In this document: piece by piece, positions 19,069-27,811 of the stretch
Layout of the letters: each line of letters opens with the position of its first letter
Numbering within the stretch: the stretch's first letter is position 1
Sequence record: MZ502379.1
DNA: 64,000 nt
Direction: 5' to 3' (one strand)
DNA from: Escherichia phage vB_EcoM_Shinka
Translations under genes and position numbers: made by a program
The notes under the pieces: model-generated
The model's input: the letters and a program-made list of their open reading frames with translations, nothing else
Told to the model about the DNA's origin: nothing
The model's database searches: none

Positions 19069-19469
19069 TTTTCAATTTTACTAAATACACAGAATATGAT
19101 GGAAAAGACTATATAAGCACCGCATACAGATTGAACTAATACCATTCCAAAGAACCAAACAATATTATCAAACAATGTCTGTTTTACGTCGAAAGGACGT
19201 AAACTTACAGTAATATTATCGCCTTTTTCTATTGATGAATACATCTCTGGTGAAATATATTCACTAAATCTATAACCGTCTTTGAGTTCATATACGGCAA
19301 TAAACGATAAACTAGACCCCTTTCCTTGAGTTCCTGTAAGGGTATTAACTACAGTAACATCATAATCTTTATAATGCATATAATCATTAATTGCATAATA
19401 ACCATATGCAACTACTACACATAAACAACATATCAATAAATTCAATCTTTTAATTATCAACTGTTTCAT
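19065..19469 (-). CDS. Membrane protein (134 aa, N- and C-terminal TM helices)
   Basis: Hydrophobic segments LNLLICCLCVVVAYGYYAI and IVWFFGMVLVQSVCGAYIVFSIIFCVF. Confidence 0.55.
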   Translation of the reverse strand: MKQLIIKRLNLLICCLCVVVAYGYYAINDYMHYKDYDVTVVNTLTGTQGKGSSLSFIAVYELKDGYRFSEYISPEMYSSIEKGDNITVSLRPFDVKQTLFDNIVWFFGMVLVQSVCGAYIVFSIIFCVFSKIEN

Positions 19470-19524
19470 AATAATCTCAATTAAAAGGGCTTAGAACCAT
19501 TATACCATCCTTGGTATAAAGCGG

Positions 19525-20052
19525 TTATGCGAGTACCGTCTTTAACCGTTCTTCAAACTTCCGAAGAGTATTTTGGCGTTCAGCTCTTTGCTTTTTGTAA
19601 GTTTCAATACGCTCTGAAATGAGAGTGTATCGTTCATTTACTGATTCTTTCATAAAATCAGGAATTTCACGAGAAGCTTTAATCTCGTCAAATTTATCAA
19701 TAACTGCTTGCTCTTCAGCAATTAAGTTATCATACATCAAAATATCTTTCTTGATGAACTCAATATCTTCTTGAGTTACACGAGATAATTTAGATGCTTT
19801 ATCCTTTTTGTACTGTTCGTTAGTATCACGAGACCAGTGTAATGTACGATTTTTATTCGTATTCTTGTAAATTTCTACAATACCAATCTCATCGATAATA
19901 ACGATCCAATTCCAACGAGATTTGTAAATTTGTCCTCCGTCAACCGTGATTTCACCTCCGATTGAGATGTCATTAAAGAACTTGCTTTGTGCTTCAGATT
20001 TAAATTTACCATCGTTGTAATTTACCAGGTTGAAAATATCTTTAGCGTTCAT
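19525..20052 (-). CDS. Hypothetical protein (175 aa, helical charged C-terminus)
   Basis: ATG at 20052 preceded by GGAGG RBS and an early promoter. Confidence 0.55.
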   Translation of the reverse strand: MNAKDIFNLVNYNDGKFKSEAQSKFFNDISIGGEITVDGGQIYKSRWNWIVIIDEIGIVEIYKNTNKNRTLHWSRDTNEQYKKDKASKLSRVTQEDIEFIKKDILMYDNLIAEEQAVIDKFDEIKASREIPDFMKESVNERYTLISERIETYKKQRAERQNTLRKFEERLKTVLA

Positions 20053-20080
20053 TTTGTGTTCCTCCGTAGTTGATAGTTGT

Positions 20081-20110
20081 ATAGTACCACAGAGGAACAG
20101 TCTTGTAAAC
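20081..20110 (-). promoter_or_regulatory. T4-type early promoter (repeated promoter module)
   Basis: Minus strand GTTTACA, 17 nt, TACTAT, then conserved TATCAACTAC and RBS; near-identical modules at 32787, 35664 and 36028. Confidence 0.55.
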
Positions 20111-20112
20111 CA

Positions 20113-20427
20113 CTAAAAGAAACTTCTTTCACAATTTTTTCCACTGAACCATGCGCTTACCGCTTTCTTAGTCTCAGGAGCAGTGTTATCCATAAACCAT
20201 TCAAAGGCAGCCTTTTTATGATTCTGGAGGGCTTCTCGGGCTTTAATCTGCTCACGGTCTATTAACACTAACATATGAGCCTTTCTTGTCACCATGGGCT
20301 TCTTATGATTTTTTGAATACTCCCAATCATTTGTCCAACGCATTGTCGTTGCGAATTGAAATACAGCTTCTTTAATTTTAGTTTCGTAAATTTCACGAGC
20401 CTTTGAGTATAACATCATTACCTCCAT
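20113..20427 (-). CDS. Hypothetical protein (104 aa)
   Basis: ORF in the nrdC to rI block. Confidence 0.5.
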   Translation of the reverse strand: MEVMMLYSKAREIYETKIKEAVFQFATTMRWTNDWEYSKNHKKPMVTRKAHMLVLIDREQIKAREALQNHKKAAFEWFMDNTAPETKKAVSAWFSGKNCERSFF

Positions 20428-20516
20428 TTACCAGTTTAATTCTAGTCATCTTTTTGATGGCAGTCCATATAATCTATTTCTGAACTGCCTTTTTATCTTA
20501 GAAGGCCTCTTATGAA

Positions 20517-20822
20517 TTATTTCAGAAGAGTAACCTCAGCGATTTCTTCCCAACCGTTTTTGTCGGTCATAATAAAGTCAGCAAGATAAAGAGCAGTACG
20601 CAGTGAAACATTGCGTAAACGATTAACATTGACTTTCATCCATGATAATGCTTTATAAGTTTCTTCATCAGAAAGACCGCGTTTTTGCATCATGTCAGTT
20701 GAAAGAATAACATCTTCAACCCTGACCATAATTTCTTCATTAGTGTGAACACCCAAATCCAAATAAACTGAGCGGGACACTAATGCTTGTAAATGTGGAG
20801 CAAGTTTAGTACCACAGCTCAA
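20517..20822 (-). CDS. Hypothetical protein (101 aa)
   Basis: ORF downstream of the terminator at 20846-20868. Confidence 0.5.
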   Translation of the reverse strand: MSCGTKLAPHLQALVSRSVYLDLGVHTNEEIMVRVEDVILSTDMMQKRGLSDEETYKALSWMKVNVNRLRNVSLRTALYLADFIMTDKNGWEEIAEVTLLK

Positions 20823-20845
20823 ACGGAAAGTAAACCGGTAAAATG

Positions 20846-20868
20846 AAAAAAGTCTCCCGAAGGAGACT
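20846..20868 (-). terminator. Rho-independent terminator
   Basis: Minus strand reads agtctcc-ttcg-ggagact followed by TTTTTTCATTTT, immediately after the stop of ORF 20873-21259. Confidence 0.55.
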
Positions 20869-20872
20869 AATG

Positions 20873-21259
20873 TTATTCGAGGGAAAGAAGATACTTACTC
20901 TGGTAAAACATTCCAGTAATATCATCTATCGTGCTTTGGATGGCTGGAGGCATTTCTTTATAAATGCTGTTAGATTGGTCTAGTATGCGATCAATCATTT
21001 TAATTGTGTCGGTAGGAAGTTTACTGGCATCTGGAATTGAAGGTGTGTATTTTCTACCAGAATACCCCAAATATTGCTCACCAAATTTATCAATCAAATC
21101 TGGCAACTCGGAGAAAATAAAATCGTATGCTTTGTGTCTAGCATAACTTTTAGTTTCAAAATGTGCAGAATGAAAATAAGCTTGTGCAGCCATTAATAAA
21201 CCTAAGTATTCATCTGCCTTTGAAGGTTTTCCACTTTGTGAAAAGTCGCTGAATTTCAT
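20873..21259 (-). CDS. Hypothetical protein downstream of rI (128 aa, rI.-1-like position)
   Basis: ORF with start overlapping the rI stop. Confidence 0.5.
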   Translation of the reverse strand: MKFSDFSQSGKPSKADEYLGLLMAAQAYFHSAHFETKSYARHKAYDFIFSELPDLIDKFGEQYLGYSGRKYTPSIPDASKLPTDTIKMIDRILDQSNSIYKEMPPAIQSTIDDITGMFYQSKYLLSLE

Positions 21260-21549
21260 TCAGTCTCCAATTTAATGTTCATAATTCTAGCGTATGATTG
21301 TGCCATCTCCGCGCCTCGCTCTATACATTCAAAATCAGAAGAGCACGGGTCATTTTTATAGGTCGTTCTCATAAAACTATAGAATTGTTCAGACGATTCT
21401 ACGCTTTTATTTTCAAAAAGCATATAAACGTGCCTAATACCAGATTCCATAAATTTATCAAAATGAGGATCGACATTCGCTTCAATCGATGGAGATAAAA
21501 CAAATGACAATCCTAGCATGGCAAATAGTGCCGTTGCTTTTAAGGCCAT
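21256..21549 (-). CDS. rI: Lysis-inhibition regulator RI (97 aa, signal-anchor protein)
   Basis: 97 aa with N-terminal hydrophobic signal anchor (ALKATALFAMLGLSFVLS) and periplasmic domain; position next to tk as in T4. Confidence 0.7.
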   Translation of the reverse strand: MALKATALFAMLGLSFVLSPSIEANVDPHFDKFMESGIRHVYMLFENKSVESSEQFYSFMRTTYKNDPCSSDFECIERGAEMAQSYARIMNIKLETE

Positions 21550-21561
21550 AAAGGCCTCCTA

Positions 21562-21774
21562 TCATTTTTGTCCTGTATTTACTTTATGCCGATGCACGGC
21601 CTTAACTTTATCAAGGTATTTTTCAAAATTTCGCAATCTAGTATAGTCTGCCGGAGATTGGTTGAGTGATACCTCTCGACGCAAAGCTGAAATAACATTT
21701 CCAACTTCCCTACGAATTTCATCTAATTGAAGAACAGTAAGATTGCGAAGTTGCTTTTCAGTTAATTGTAGCAT
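21562..21774 (-). CDS. Hypothetical small protein between tk and rI (70 aa)
   Basis: ORF between tk and rI, same strand. Confidence 0.45.
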   Translation of the reverse strand: MLQLTEKQLRNLTVLQLDEIRREVGNVISALRREVSLNQSPADYTRLRNFEKYLDKVKAVHRHKVNTGQK

Positions 21775-21816
21775 ATATACCCCTTTAGTTAGATAAACCT
21801 ATTTATAACTTTTGCA

Positions 21817-22398
21817 CTAACCGAGCTTTTTAGTTAATTCATTCCAATGTTTTCTACACAAAGAAACATAAATTTCATCACCAATACAGATTTGATTACC
21901 TTCTTTAACTGGTGTTCCATCTTCCATTAATCGAGCTGTCATAATCGCTTTTTTGCCGCAATGACAAACTGCCTTTAGTTCAATAAGTTTATCTGCAATC
22001 GCTAAAAGTTCTTTAGAACCTTCAAACAATTTTCCAGCGAAATCAGTCCTTAATCCATAAGCCATAACAGGAACATTATATGTATCAACAATTCGACTTA
22101 ATTGATGCACTTGTTCAGTTTTTAAAAACTGAGCTTCATCTACAAATACGCAATGAATATCTTTTTGTGCTTCAGCCCATTTATAGAACTCGAAAATATC
22201 CATATCATCTGTAATAATATTCGCTTCCTGTTTAATTCCAATGCGAGAAACAACTTCACAGACAGAATCGCGAGTATCAATAGCAGGCTTAAGAACTAAT
22301 ACACTCATTCCACGTTCTTTATAATTATGTGCAGCAGTCAAAAGAGAAGCAGATTTTCCAGCATTCATTGCTGCATAAGTAAAAATTAAACTCGCCAT
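21817..22398 (-). CDS. tk: Thymidine kinase (193 aa)
   Basis: P-loop AMNAGKS, conserved VDEAQF and C-terminal zinc-binding cysteines (CHCGKK...CRKH). Confidence 0.9.
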   Translation of the reverse strand: MASLIFTYAAMNAGKSASLLTAAHNYKERGMSVLVLKPAIDTRDSVCEVVSRIGIKQEANIITDDMDIFEFYKWAEAQKDIHCVFVDEAQFLKTEQVHQLSRIVDTYNVPVMAYGLRTDFAGKLFEGSKELLAIADKLIELKAVCHCGKKAIMTARLMEDGTPVKEGNQICIGDEIYVSLCRKHWNELTKKLG

Positions 22399-22407
22399 AT
22401 CACCTTC

Positions 22408-22593
22408 TTAAAGCGTATTCACATAAGCTATTAATTCATTTTCTTTCTTATCAAACCGATCAGCAAATTCTTCCTGCTGTTCGGGAGATAGCGGGCCGTA
22501 TTCATCATAAAAGGTGTTTGCTTCTATATGCTCATCTAGAAGTTCATGGATAAGCTCAAACAATTTATCTTTTTGTTCTTTACTCAGACTCAT
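22408..22593 (-). CDS. Hypothetical small acidic protein (61 aa)
   Basis: ORF immediately upstream of tk. Confidence 0.45.
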   Translation of the reverse strand: MSLSKEQKDKLFELIHELLDEHIEANTFYDEYGPLSPEQQEEFADRFDKKENELIAYVNTL

Positions 22594-22763
22594 ATATTAA
22601 TTTCCAGGAGTTTTAAAATAATTCGCTTTTGCTTAAATATTTCCATAGTTAAATGACCAGTATCTTTTTGACCGATTCCAATGGCAAAACCTTTATTAAC
22701 AGCGAGTTCAATTAAATTATCAAGCTCACGTAACACTTCGTATTGTAACTCAAAACTATTCAT
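22590..22763 (-). CDS. Small hypothetical protein (57 aa), below the ORF track cutoff
   Basis: ATG near 22763 opens MNSFELQYEVLRELDNLIELAVNKGFAIGIGQKDTGHLTMEIFKQKRIILKLLEINI; ATGA overlaps with both neighbours. Confidence 0.3.
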   Translation of the reverse strand: MNSFELQYEVLRELDNLIELAVNKGFAIGIGQKDTGHLTMEIFKQKRIILKLLEINI

Positions 22764-22987
22764 TTTGGTTTACCTTCTTTAACGAAATCAGGATAAGGAT
22801 AAAATCCTGAATAAAATCCTTCACCTTTATGATTGATGCATCCTTTATTAGAACAATAGCACCAATAATCGAAATCACAAGCCATTTCATCATTACATAA
22901 AGCAAAAACAACAGGCCATTTACACTTTTCACAATGGGCATTTTTAAGAATACTAGTTTGGCTCATAACCATGTAACCTTTAAGCAA
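22760..22987 (-). CDS. Cysteine-rich small protein (75 aa, putative metal-binding)
   Basis: Nine cysteines including HCEKCKW and CYCSNKGCINHKG. Confidence 0.45.
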   Translation of the reverse strand: MLKGYMVMSQTSILKNAHCEKCKWPVVFALCNDEMACDFDYWCYCSNKGCINHKGEGFYSGFYPYPDFVKEGKPK

Positions 22988-23175
22988 TATTCTTCTACAT
23001 GTTGTTTACGACCTTTCTTATCAATAAAGGTATATTCAACGAATGTTCCAATGTAGTCTTTATCTACATCATGTGGACTATTAATTGGACATTTAGTACG
23101 GCAAATGCGTTCCCATTGACGAATAATTTCCACTTTGTTTTTAGGATCAAACGGATGTGGGTAATGTACTTTCAT
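22963..23175 (-). CDS. Hypothetical small protein (70 aa)
   Basis: ORF overlapping the macro-domain gene stop. Confidence 0.4.
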   Translation of the reverse strand: MKVHYPHPFDPKNKVEIIRQWERICRTKCPINSPHDVDKDYIGTFVEYTFIDKKGRKQHVEEYCLKVTWL

Positions 23176-23626
23176 AATCCACCACTATTAAATCAATATC
23201 AGGAGTAAACATGTCGATTAATTTAGAAACCTTATCCCAATCGCCGCCAGCAATACCACAACCTATGCGTGGAATGTAAATTACTGGTTTAAACAAAAGG
23301 GTTTCTGCCTGTAGATTTAATTCTATCATGCAGTTTACTAAAGCACCATAATCAAGATTAGGACCTGGTTCGTATTGCGTATACAGGTTATAGCATATAC
23401 CAAAACCATTAGGTTTATGTTTAAAAACAATAGACATATCGCCTAATTTATCACGAGAACCGTACTCAGTAGTGGTTTTATCTATTTCTAAAATTTTGGG
23501 ATAGGCTCTTGCTAATTGACCAGCTACACCTGAACCCATAGTATGAAAACAATTGCACCCGTGCGCAATAATATTACCTTGAAGAAATAGGGCGACAATA
23601 TCGCCCTTGATATATTTTACAATCAT
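23147..23626 (-). CDS. Macro-domain protein (ADP-ribose binding/hydrolase-like, 159 aa)
   Basis: KGDI...IAHGCNCFHTMGSGVAGQLARA and IPRIGCGIAGGDWD follow the macro-domain pattern (GDIT ... NAAN ... GGGV ... and C-terminal G-rich loop). Confidence 0.6.
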   Translation of the reverse strand: MIVKYIKGDIVALFLQGNIIAHGCNCFHTMGSGVAGQLARAYPKILEIDKTTTEYGSRDKLGDMSIVFKHKPNGFGICYNLYTQYEPGPNLDYGALVNCMIELNLQAETLLFKPVIYIPRIGCGIAGGDWDKVSKLIDMFTPDIDLIVVDYESTLPTSV

Positions 23627-23967
23627 CTAGTACTCAATCCTCGATTATAAGAATCTACCAAACGGTCAACCATTGAATGACAAGCGGCTTTATCTTTCTC
23701 CTCCGCAACTGAACATTCTAAGGTATTCCACTTTTTAGCATATCGTTTTAACAATGTATCATTTTTGTATCTGCTTGATTTATCTCTTTCTCCGTCTTTA
23801 TATGCATATATTAATTTCTGCGCAAATTCAGCTTGACATGCTTTATTTTTCCCGCAATAATCCGCTGCAGTACGGTTTACATATTCTCTAATTTCAGTAT
23901 ATGATGATGTATCTGCTAACGCAGAAAATGAAATTAATCCTATACATAAAACCAAAATTTTAGTCAT
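23623..23967 (-). CDS. Secreted hypothetical protein (114 aa, signal peptide)
   Basis: N-terminus MTKILVLCIGLISFSALA is a signal-peptide pattern; four cysteines in the mature part. Confidence 0.5.
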   Translation of the reverse strand: MTKILVLCIGLISFSALADTSSYTEIREYVNRTAADYCGKNKACQAEFAQKLIYAYKDGERDKSSRYKNDTLLKRYAKKWNTLECSVAEEKDKAACHSMVDRLVDSYNRGLSTR

Positions 23968-24505
23968 TTACTATTTCCAAAAGTTTATTATTTTTAAGGT
24001 AATTAGCCTTTTCTAGGACTTCAGAAGCATATTTAGAACCTGCTTTAACATTCCATCCCGAATTATAAGAGGATATTGCTTTTCTTATATCGCCCTTATG
24101 TATATTTAACCAATAAGAAAGTTCAATGTACGCCCAGGAAGCTGAATTGGACCGTTTATTCAACATTCTTTTTATTTCAGCATCGGTCATATTATAACCA
24201 AGTTCCTTAACTCTTGCTCGCATAGTAGGCAAATAATTTTGGAACATTCCGTAGGCGTGATGCTTTGCTTTAGATTTTAAATTAACTCCGCCAGAGCTTT
24301 CTTGCCATAAAATAGCAGCCATTATATGACCCAATCCGCTCTTGTGGATATTTTTGTGTGTTTTATATTTTCCATCCTTAGAAAATTGTTCCCCGAATTG
24401 ATACGCGTAACGCATGTTATCGAGTTGGACATTACTGAAAGTATGCTCGGAGCTATGTGCCATCATTGAAATGGCCAATAGACCAGCGAGTAGTGCTTTT
24501 CTCAT
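23960..24505 (-). CDS. Secreted lytic transglycosylase-like protein (SLT/lysozyme-like domain, 181 aa)
   Basis: Signal peptide MRKALLAGLLAISMMAHS; WQESSGG ... AYGMFQ resembles the SLT catalytic Glu and GLMQ-type motif. Confidence 0.55.
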   Translation of the reverse strand: MRKALLAGLLAISMMAHSSEHTFSNVQLDNMRYAYQFGEQFSKDGKYKTHKNIHKSGLGHIMAAILWQESSGGVNLKSKAKHHAYGMFQNYLPTMRARVKELGYNMTDAEIKRMLNKRSNSASWAYIELSYWLNIHKGDIRKAISSYNSGWNVKAGSKYASEVLEKANYLKNNKLLEIVND

Positions 24506-24512
24506 GCTTACC

Positions 24513-24974
24513 TCATTGAGTTTTAATTACTGCTTTAGAAGCCTTTCCTGGTAAACGACGACTGTTGATAATTGCCATCCTGCATTGAAGTGACGGGTCT
24601 TTGAACTTCTCATTAGGCTTACAAACCGTAAATCCAAGCCAAAGATTTCCATCTGTGATTTCTAAACGTCCAGGACGATATTCAACCCCATCAATAAAAT
24701 CCTCGTCAATGTCAGGACGCGGAGGCATACTCAGGAATTCATTAACTTCTAAAACATGGTCTTTTATTTTATGGAATAATTCAAAAACATATGTCTCATC
24801 AATCTCCCGTTGAATTGCACGATCAAGAAGATGTTGAGAATATTTTAGATGAAACGATGAGACTCCTGCTGCTTTTGATGCCTCACGAATCTCATTGTTA
24901 ATTTGACGAAACTCCGACTCAAAGTGACGACGAAGCTTATTTCGACGGATAAAAACTTCTGTATTGATAGTCAT
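24513..24974 (-). CDS. regB: RegB endoribonuclease (153 aa)
   Basis: 153-aa ORF MTINTEVFIRRNKLRRHFESEF... matching recalled T4 RegB; position after tk. Confidence 0.7.
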   Translation of the reverse strand: MTINTEVFIRRNKLRRHFESEFRQINNEIREASKAAGVSSFHLKYSQHLLDRAIQREIDETYVFELFHKIKDHVLEVNEFLSMPPRPDIDEDFIDGVEYRPGRLEITDGNLWLGFTVCKPNEKFKDPSLQCRMAIINSRRLPGKASKAVIKTQ

Positions 24975-25033
24975 GTTGTTCTCCTCTTAACTGATAGAAA
25001 AATTATACCACAGTCAAGAGGAAAAGTAAACAG

Positions 25034-25354
25034 TTATTCTTTAAATCTAATCAATTTATTCATAGACTTTGAAACTTCTGCACGAACCTCATGTAAGTTT
25101 TTAAGCTGTTCAAGACGCTGCTCATAGTAAGCAATTTCATCTTCTTCGAGACAGTCCTGTGAATCTTCTTTAAGATAGCGTGCATAGTCCTGGAAAGCTT
25201 TACGGACTACTTCCTGGAAGTCATCAAGACTTTGAATTTTCTTAGGAGCGGCAGATACACGACGAGGGGCAGTATAATACTCATAACCAAACCCTGCACT
25301 TAATTGAGCCATTAGTATTTTTCCTCTGGTTGGAACACAGCACGGCAAGCCCAC
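25034..25354 (-). CDS. Hypothetical protein (106 aa)
   Basis: ORF in the regB to ip block. Confidence 0.45.
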   Translation of the reverse strand: MGLPCCVPTRGKILMAQLSAGFGYEYYTAPRRVSAAPKKIQSLDDFQEVVRKAFQDYARYLKEDSQDCLEEDEIAYYEQRLEQLKNLHEVRAEVSKSMNKLIRFKE

Positions 25355-25614
25355 ATACTTGCTTCTTTGAGTTTCGTTTTAGCAATAGTTAACTGATCGA
25401 GGCTTTCGGCGTAATTCTTCGCGAGTTCATCATCTTCACAGCTATCAAATGCTTCCCAGAATTCATCGTATAAAGCGTCAAAGATAAGTCCTAAACGAAC
25501 TTCAGCGTCTTTGATAGCATTCACTTTACCGATTTTCTCTTCAGTATGCGGCTTATAACCTTTAATGTCTTCAATCATATTTGACTTCCTCACCAGTACA
25601 TAAATCGTATTCAA
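25312..25614 (-). CDS. Hypothetical acidic protein (100 aa)
   Basis: ORF in the regB to ip block. Confidence 0.45.
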   Translation of the reverse strand: MNTIYVLVRKSNMIEDIKGYKPHTEEKIGKVNAIKDAEVRLGLIFDALYDEFWEAFDSCEDDELAKNYAESLDQLTIAKTKLKEASMWACRAVFQPEEKY

Positions 25615-25792
25615 CTAAACGAATAGGTTCATGAATGCCATATCCCTGAACAGAAATTTCTGTAGTAGGATAAATTCCATCAATATCACCCATATTCCAC
25701 GCTTCGTTAAATTGCTGTTCGCCTGAATTACTAAACCACTCGGCGAAAGCATTTAGCACATCTTTAGAACCTTCAATAATTATCTTTGCCAT
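25571..25792 (-). CDS. Hypothetical small protein (73 aa)
   Basis: ORF with start abutting the upstream stop. Confidence 0.4.
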   Translation of the reverse strand: MAKIIIEGSKDVLNAFAEWFSNSGEQQFNEAWNMGDIDGIYPTTEISVQGYGIHEPIRLVEYDLCTGEEVKYD

Positions 25793-26154
25793 TATAAGCT
25801 CTCAGTAAAGGTACGAGCAATAACGTCGCGCTGCTGTTCCGGAGTCAGAGAGTTAAAGCGAACTGCATAACCGGATACACGGATGGTCAGCTGCGGATAT
25901 TTTTCCGGATGCTTAACTGCATCTTCCAGAGTTTCACGACGCAGAACGTTAACGTTTAGGTGTTGACCACCTTCAATTTTAACTGTAGGCTGTGGCTCAA
26001 TTTCAATTTCACGAGCATGCAAACCGTAGAAAATTTCTGGGTCTACAAAAGAGTCCTCTTTAAAGGTTTTAGAGACAATAATTCGTGCTTGAATACCATC
26101 TTCAAAATAAATAGTACCTTTATGTGTGCCTTCAAGAATTTGATATGCTTTCAT
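25792..26154 (-). CDS. Autonomous glycyl-radical cofactor (YfiD/GrcA-like, T4 Y06I-type, 120 aa)
   Basis: C-terminal [25 protein letters not shown] is the glycyl-radical enzyme C-terminal motif. Confidence 0.8.
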   Translation of the reverse strand: MKAYQILEGTHKGTIYFEDGIQARIIVSKTFKEDSFVDPEIFYGLHAREIEIEPQPTVKIEGGQHLNVNVLRRETLEDAVKHPEKYPQLTIRVSGYAVRFNSLTPEQQRDVIARTFTESL

Positions 26155-26161
26155 ATAAACC

Positions 26162-26542
26162 TCAATTAGAAAATAAATTTATCCAAGATTGTTCTTTAAT
26201 TAAAAATGGCTCAGAATCATATGCCATTAAACTTTGGGTGATTAGTCCTTTAAAAGGTCCATCAATAAATTCCATGGTAAAATATGGAATTTTATTCATT
26301 AACTGTGCGTTAGGAGCAGTGCACAAAACTCTGCATCCTTTGAATACACCTTTTTGTAATTTGTATTGCTTGGGATAAAATTCGCTTAAAATGTTGTTAT
26401 TTGCCAAAATTTCAAAATGATTTACCAATTTATTTTTAATAGTTTTTGGCGAAAAATAGAGATATTCGAAAAGCTGTGTGTCTGTCATTATTGCATTCCG
26501 ATTACGAAAAACTGTGGACGAGTAATACCACCAATGCAACAT
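26162..26542 (-). CDS. Hypothetical protein (126 aa)
   Basis: ORF in the regB to ip block. Confidence 0.45.
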   Translation of the reverse strand: MLHWWYYSSTVFRNRNAIMTDTQLFEYLYFSPKTIKNKLVNHFEILANNNILSEFYPKQYKLQKGVFKGCRVLCTAPNAQLMNKIPYFTMEFIDGPFKGLITQSLMAYDSEPFLIKEQSWINLFSN

Positions 26543-27075
26543 TTACTATTACAGCAGTAGTGTACAGTGTCAATATGGACGCTATAAATCTTATCCATAT
26601 CAGGAGATTTGACAGGCTCATCAATTATATACAAAATTCGCGAAAGCGATAAACCTCTGAACTTGCTTCCTTTATTACCAATAAAACTGCGCACAGAATC
26701 AGTAAATAAACGAAAACGTATATCATCATTAGAATAACGCGAAAATTCCTTTTTAATGTTATTTGCAGAAATTTTAGCGTAAGCTGAAGTATTAGAAAGA
26801 ACAATAACTGTTCCGCCATCATACAGCCAATTAGCAGCAAAGTTAGTCACAGCAATTGATTTACCGGATTGACGTCCACCATCTATACGAAGTGTGCAAT
26901 ACTGTTTAAGTAAGTCTTCAAATGGTGGGATATAATCGTTTTTACAAATTTCTTCTACTCTAGCATCAGAATGGTGTGTAAAAGCATTCATCAGGGATAG
27001 ATAAGGACCAGTTAAAAATGTTCTCATTTTATTCTCTCTAAATTTGGGCCATTCCGTGGCGCATGAATTGTCCAT
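26488..27075 (-). CDS. P-loop NTPase-like protein (195 aa; start uncertain)
   Basis: Walker A-like GGRQSGKS and Walker B-like ILYIIDE. Confidence 0.5.
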   Translation of the reverse strand: MDNSCATEWPKFRENKMRTFLTGPYLSLMNAFTHHSDARVEEICKNDYIPPFEDLLKQYCTLRIDGGRQSGKSIAVTNFAANWLYDGGTVIVLSNTSAYAKISANNIKKEFSRYSNDDIRFRLFTDSVRSFIGNKGSKFRGLSLSRILYIIDEPVKSPDMDKIYSVHIDTVHYCCNSKCCIGGITRPQFFVIGMQ

Positions 27076-27204
27076 TTCTGTATTTACCCATTACCGCACT
27101 CAGGCTCGACCTTATTACAGGTTGGCGGGAATCCCTCATAGAATCATGAGGTCCAGGTTGTTCCCATATTATTTGAATGTAAATAGGTCTGAGTATTCGC
27201 TTTA

Positions 27205-27783
27205 TTAGGAATTACGGGCTGCATTAGCAACGGCATACGCGTACTGAACATTAGCGTCTTTAAACGTACCTTTAGAGGTATCTAGTTCTGCCTTAAAGCC
27301 GCCTTTAGCCATAACATCGGCAAATTCTTTACGGAAAGCCATTGCATCAAGACCTTTCCATGATGATTTATGCTTGGCAAATTCAAGACCAGCGTAGTTG
27401 ACAGCCTTAGCTAATTTATTATCAATAACCCATTTACCGGCTTTAGGCACAAACACCGGGCCTTTCTGTTTGGAGAATAGTTTTAAATTCCAGCGACGAA
27501 GGTCACCGTCAGCTTTAACAAAAGCTGCGTCCAAGTTACTAGCAACAACATCTTGAATATGGCCAAATTTAAGCCCATCAACTTCAATATTTAGATCGGT
27601 ACGCCAGCGAAGTCCTTCCCAAGCGAAGGCTTTAAAGTCGGAAGCCTTTGTAGCTAAGTACCGTTCAATAGGAGCTGTTTTAGGGTCAAAGCCGTTTCCA
27701 GATCGGTATGTCCACTCATCTTTGTTAATGCCTTTGGCCTTTACTACAGAAGCTTCGGCAATAAATTCTTGATATGTTTTCAT
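27205..27783 (-). CDS. ipIII: Internal protein III (capsid-packaged, 192 aa)
   Basis: N-terminal capsid targeting sequence MKTYQEFIAEA with LxE cleavage site and close match to recalled T4 IPIII; own early promoter and RBS. Confidence 0.75.
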   Translation of the reverse strand: MKTYQEFIAEASVVKAKGINKDEWTYRSGNGFDPKTAPIERYLATKASDFKAFAWEGLRWRTDLNIEVDGLKFGHIQDVVASNLDAAFVKADGDLRRWNLKLFSKQKGPVFVPKAGKWVIDNKLAKAVNYAGLEFAKHKSSWKGLDAMAFRKEFADVMAKGGFKAELDTSKGTFKDANVQYAYAVANAARNS

Positions 27784-27811
27784 GTGTTTCCTTGTTTGTT
27801 TTGATAGAGTA

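Noticed and set aside
22756-22941. ORF 22756-22941 on the minus strand
   Set aside because: Alternative frame of the cysteine-rich ORF 22760-22987, hydrophobic low-complexity translation; the other frame has the conserved-looking cysteine pattern.
26625-26840. ORF 26625-26840 on the minus strand
   Set aside because: Nested out of frame inside the P-loop protein gene 26488-27075.
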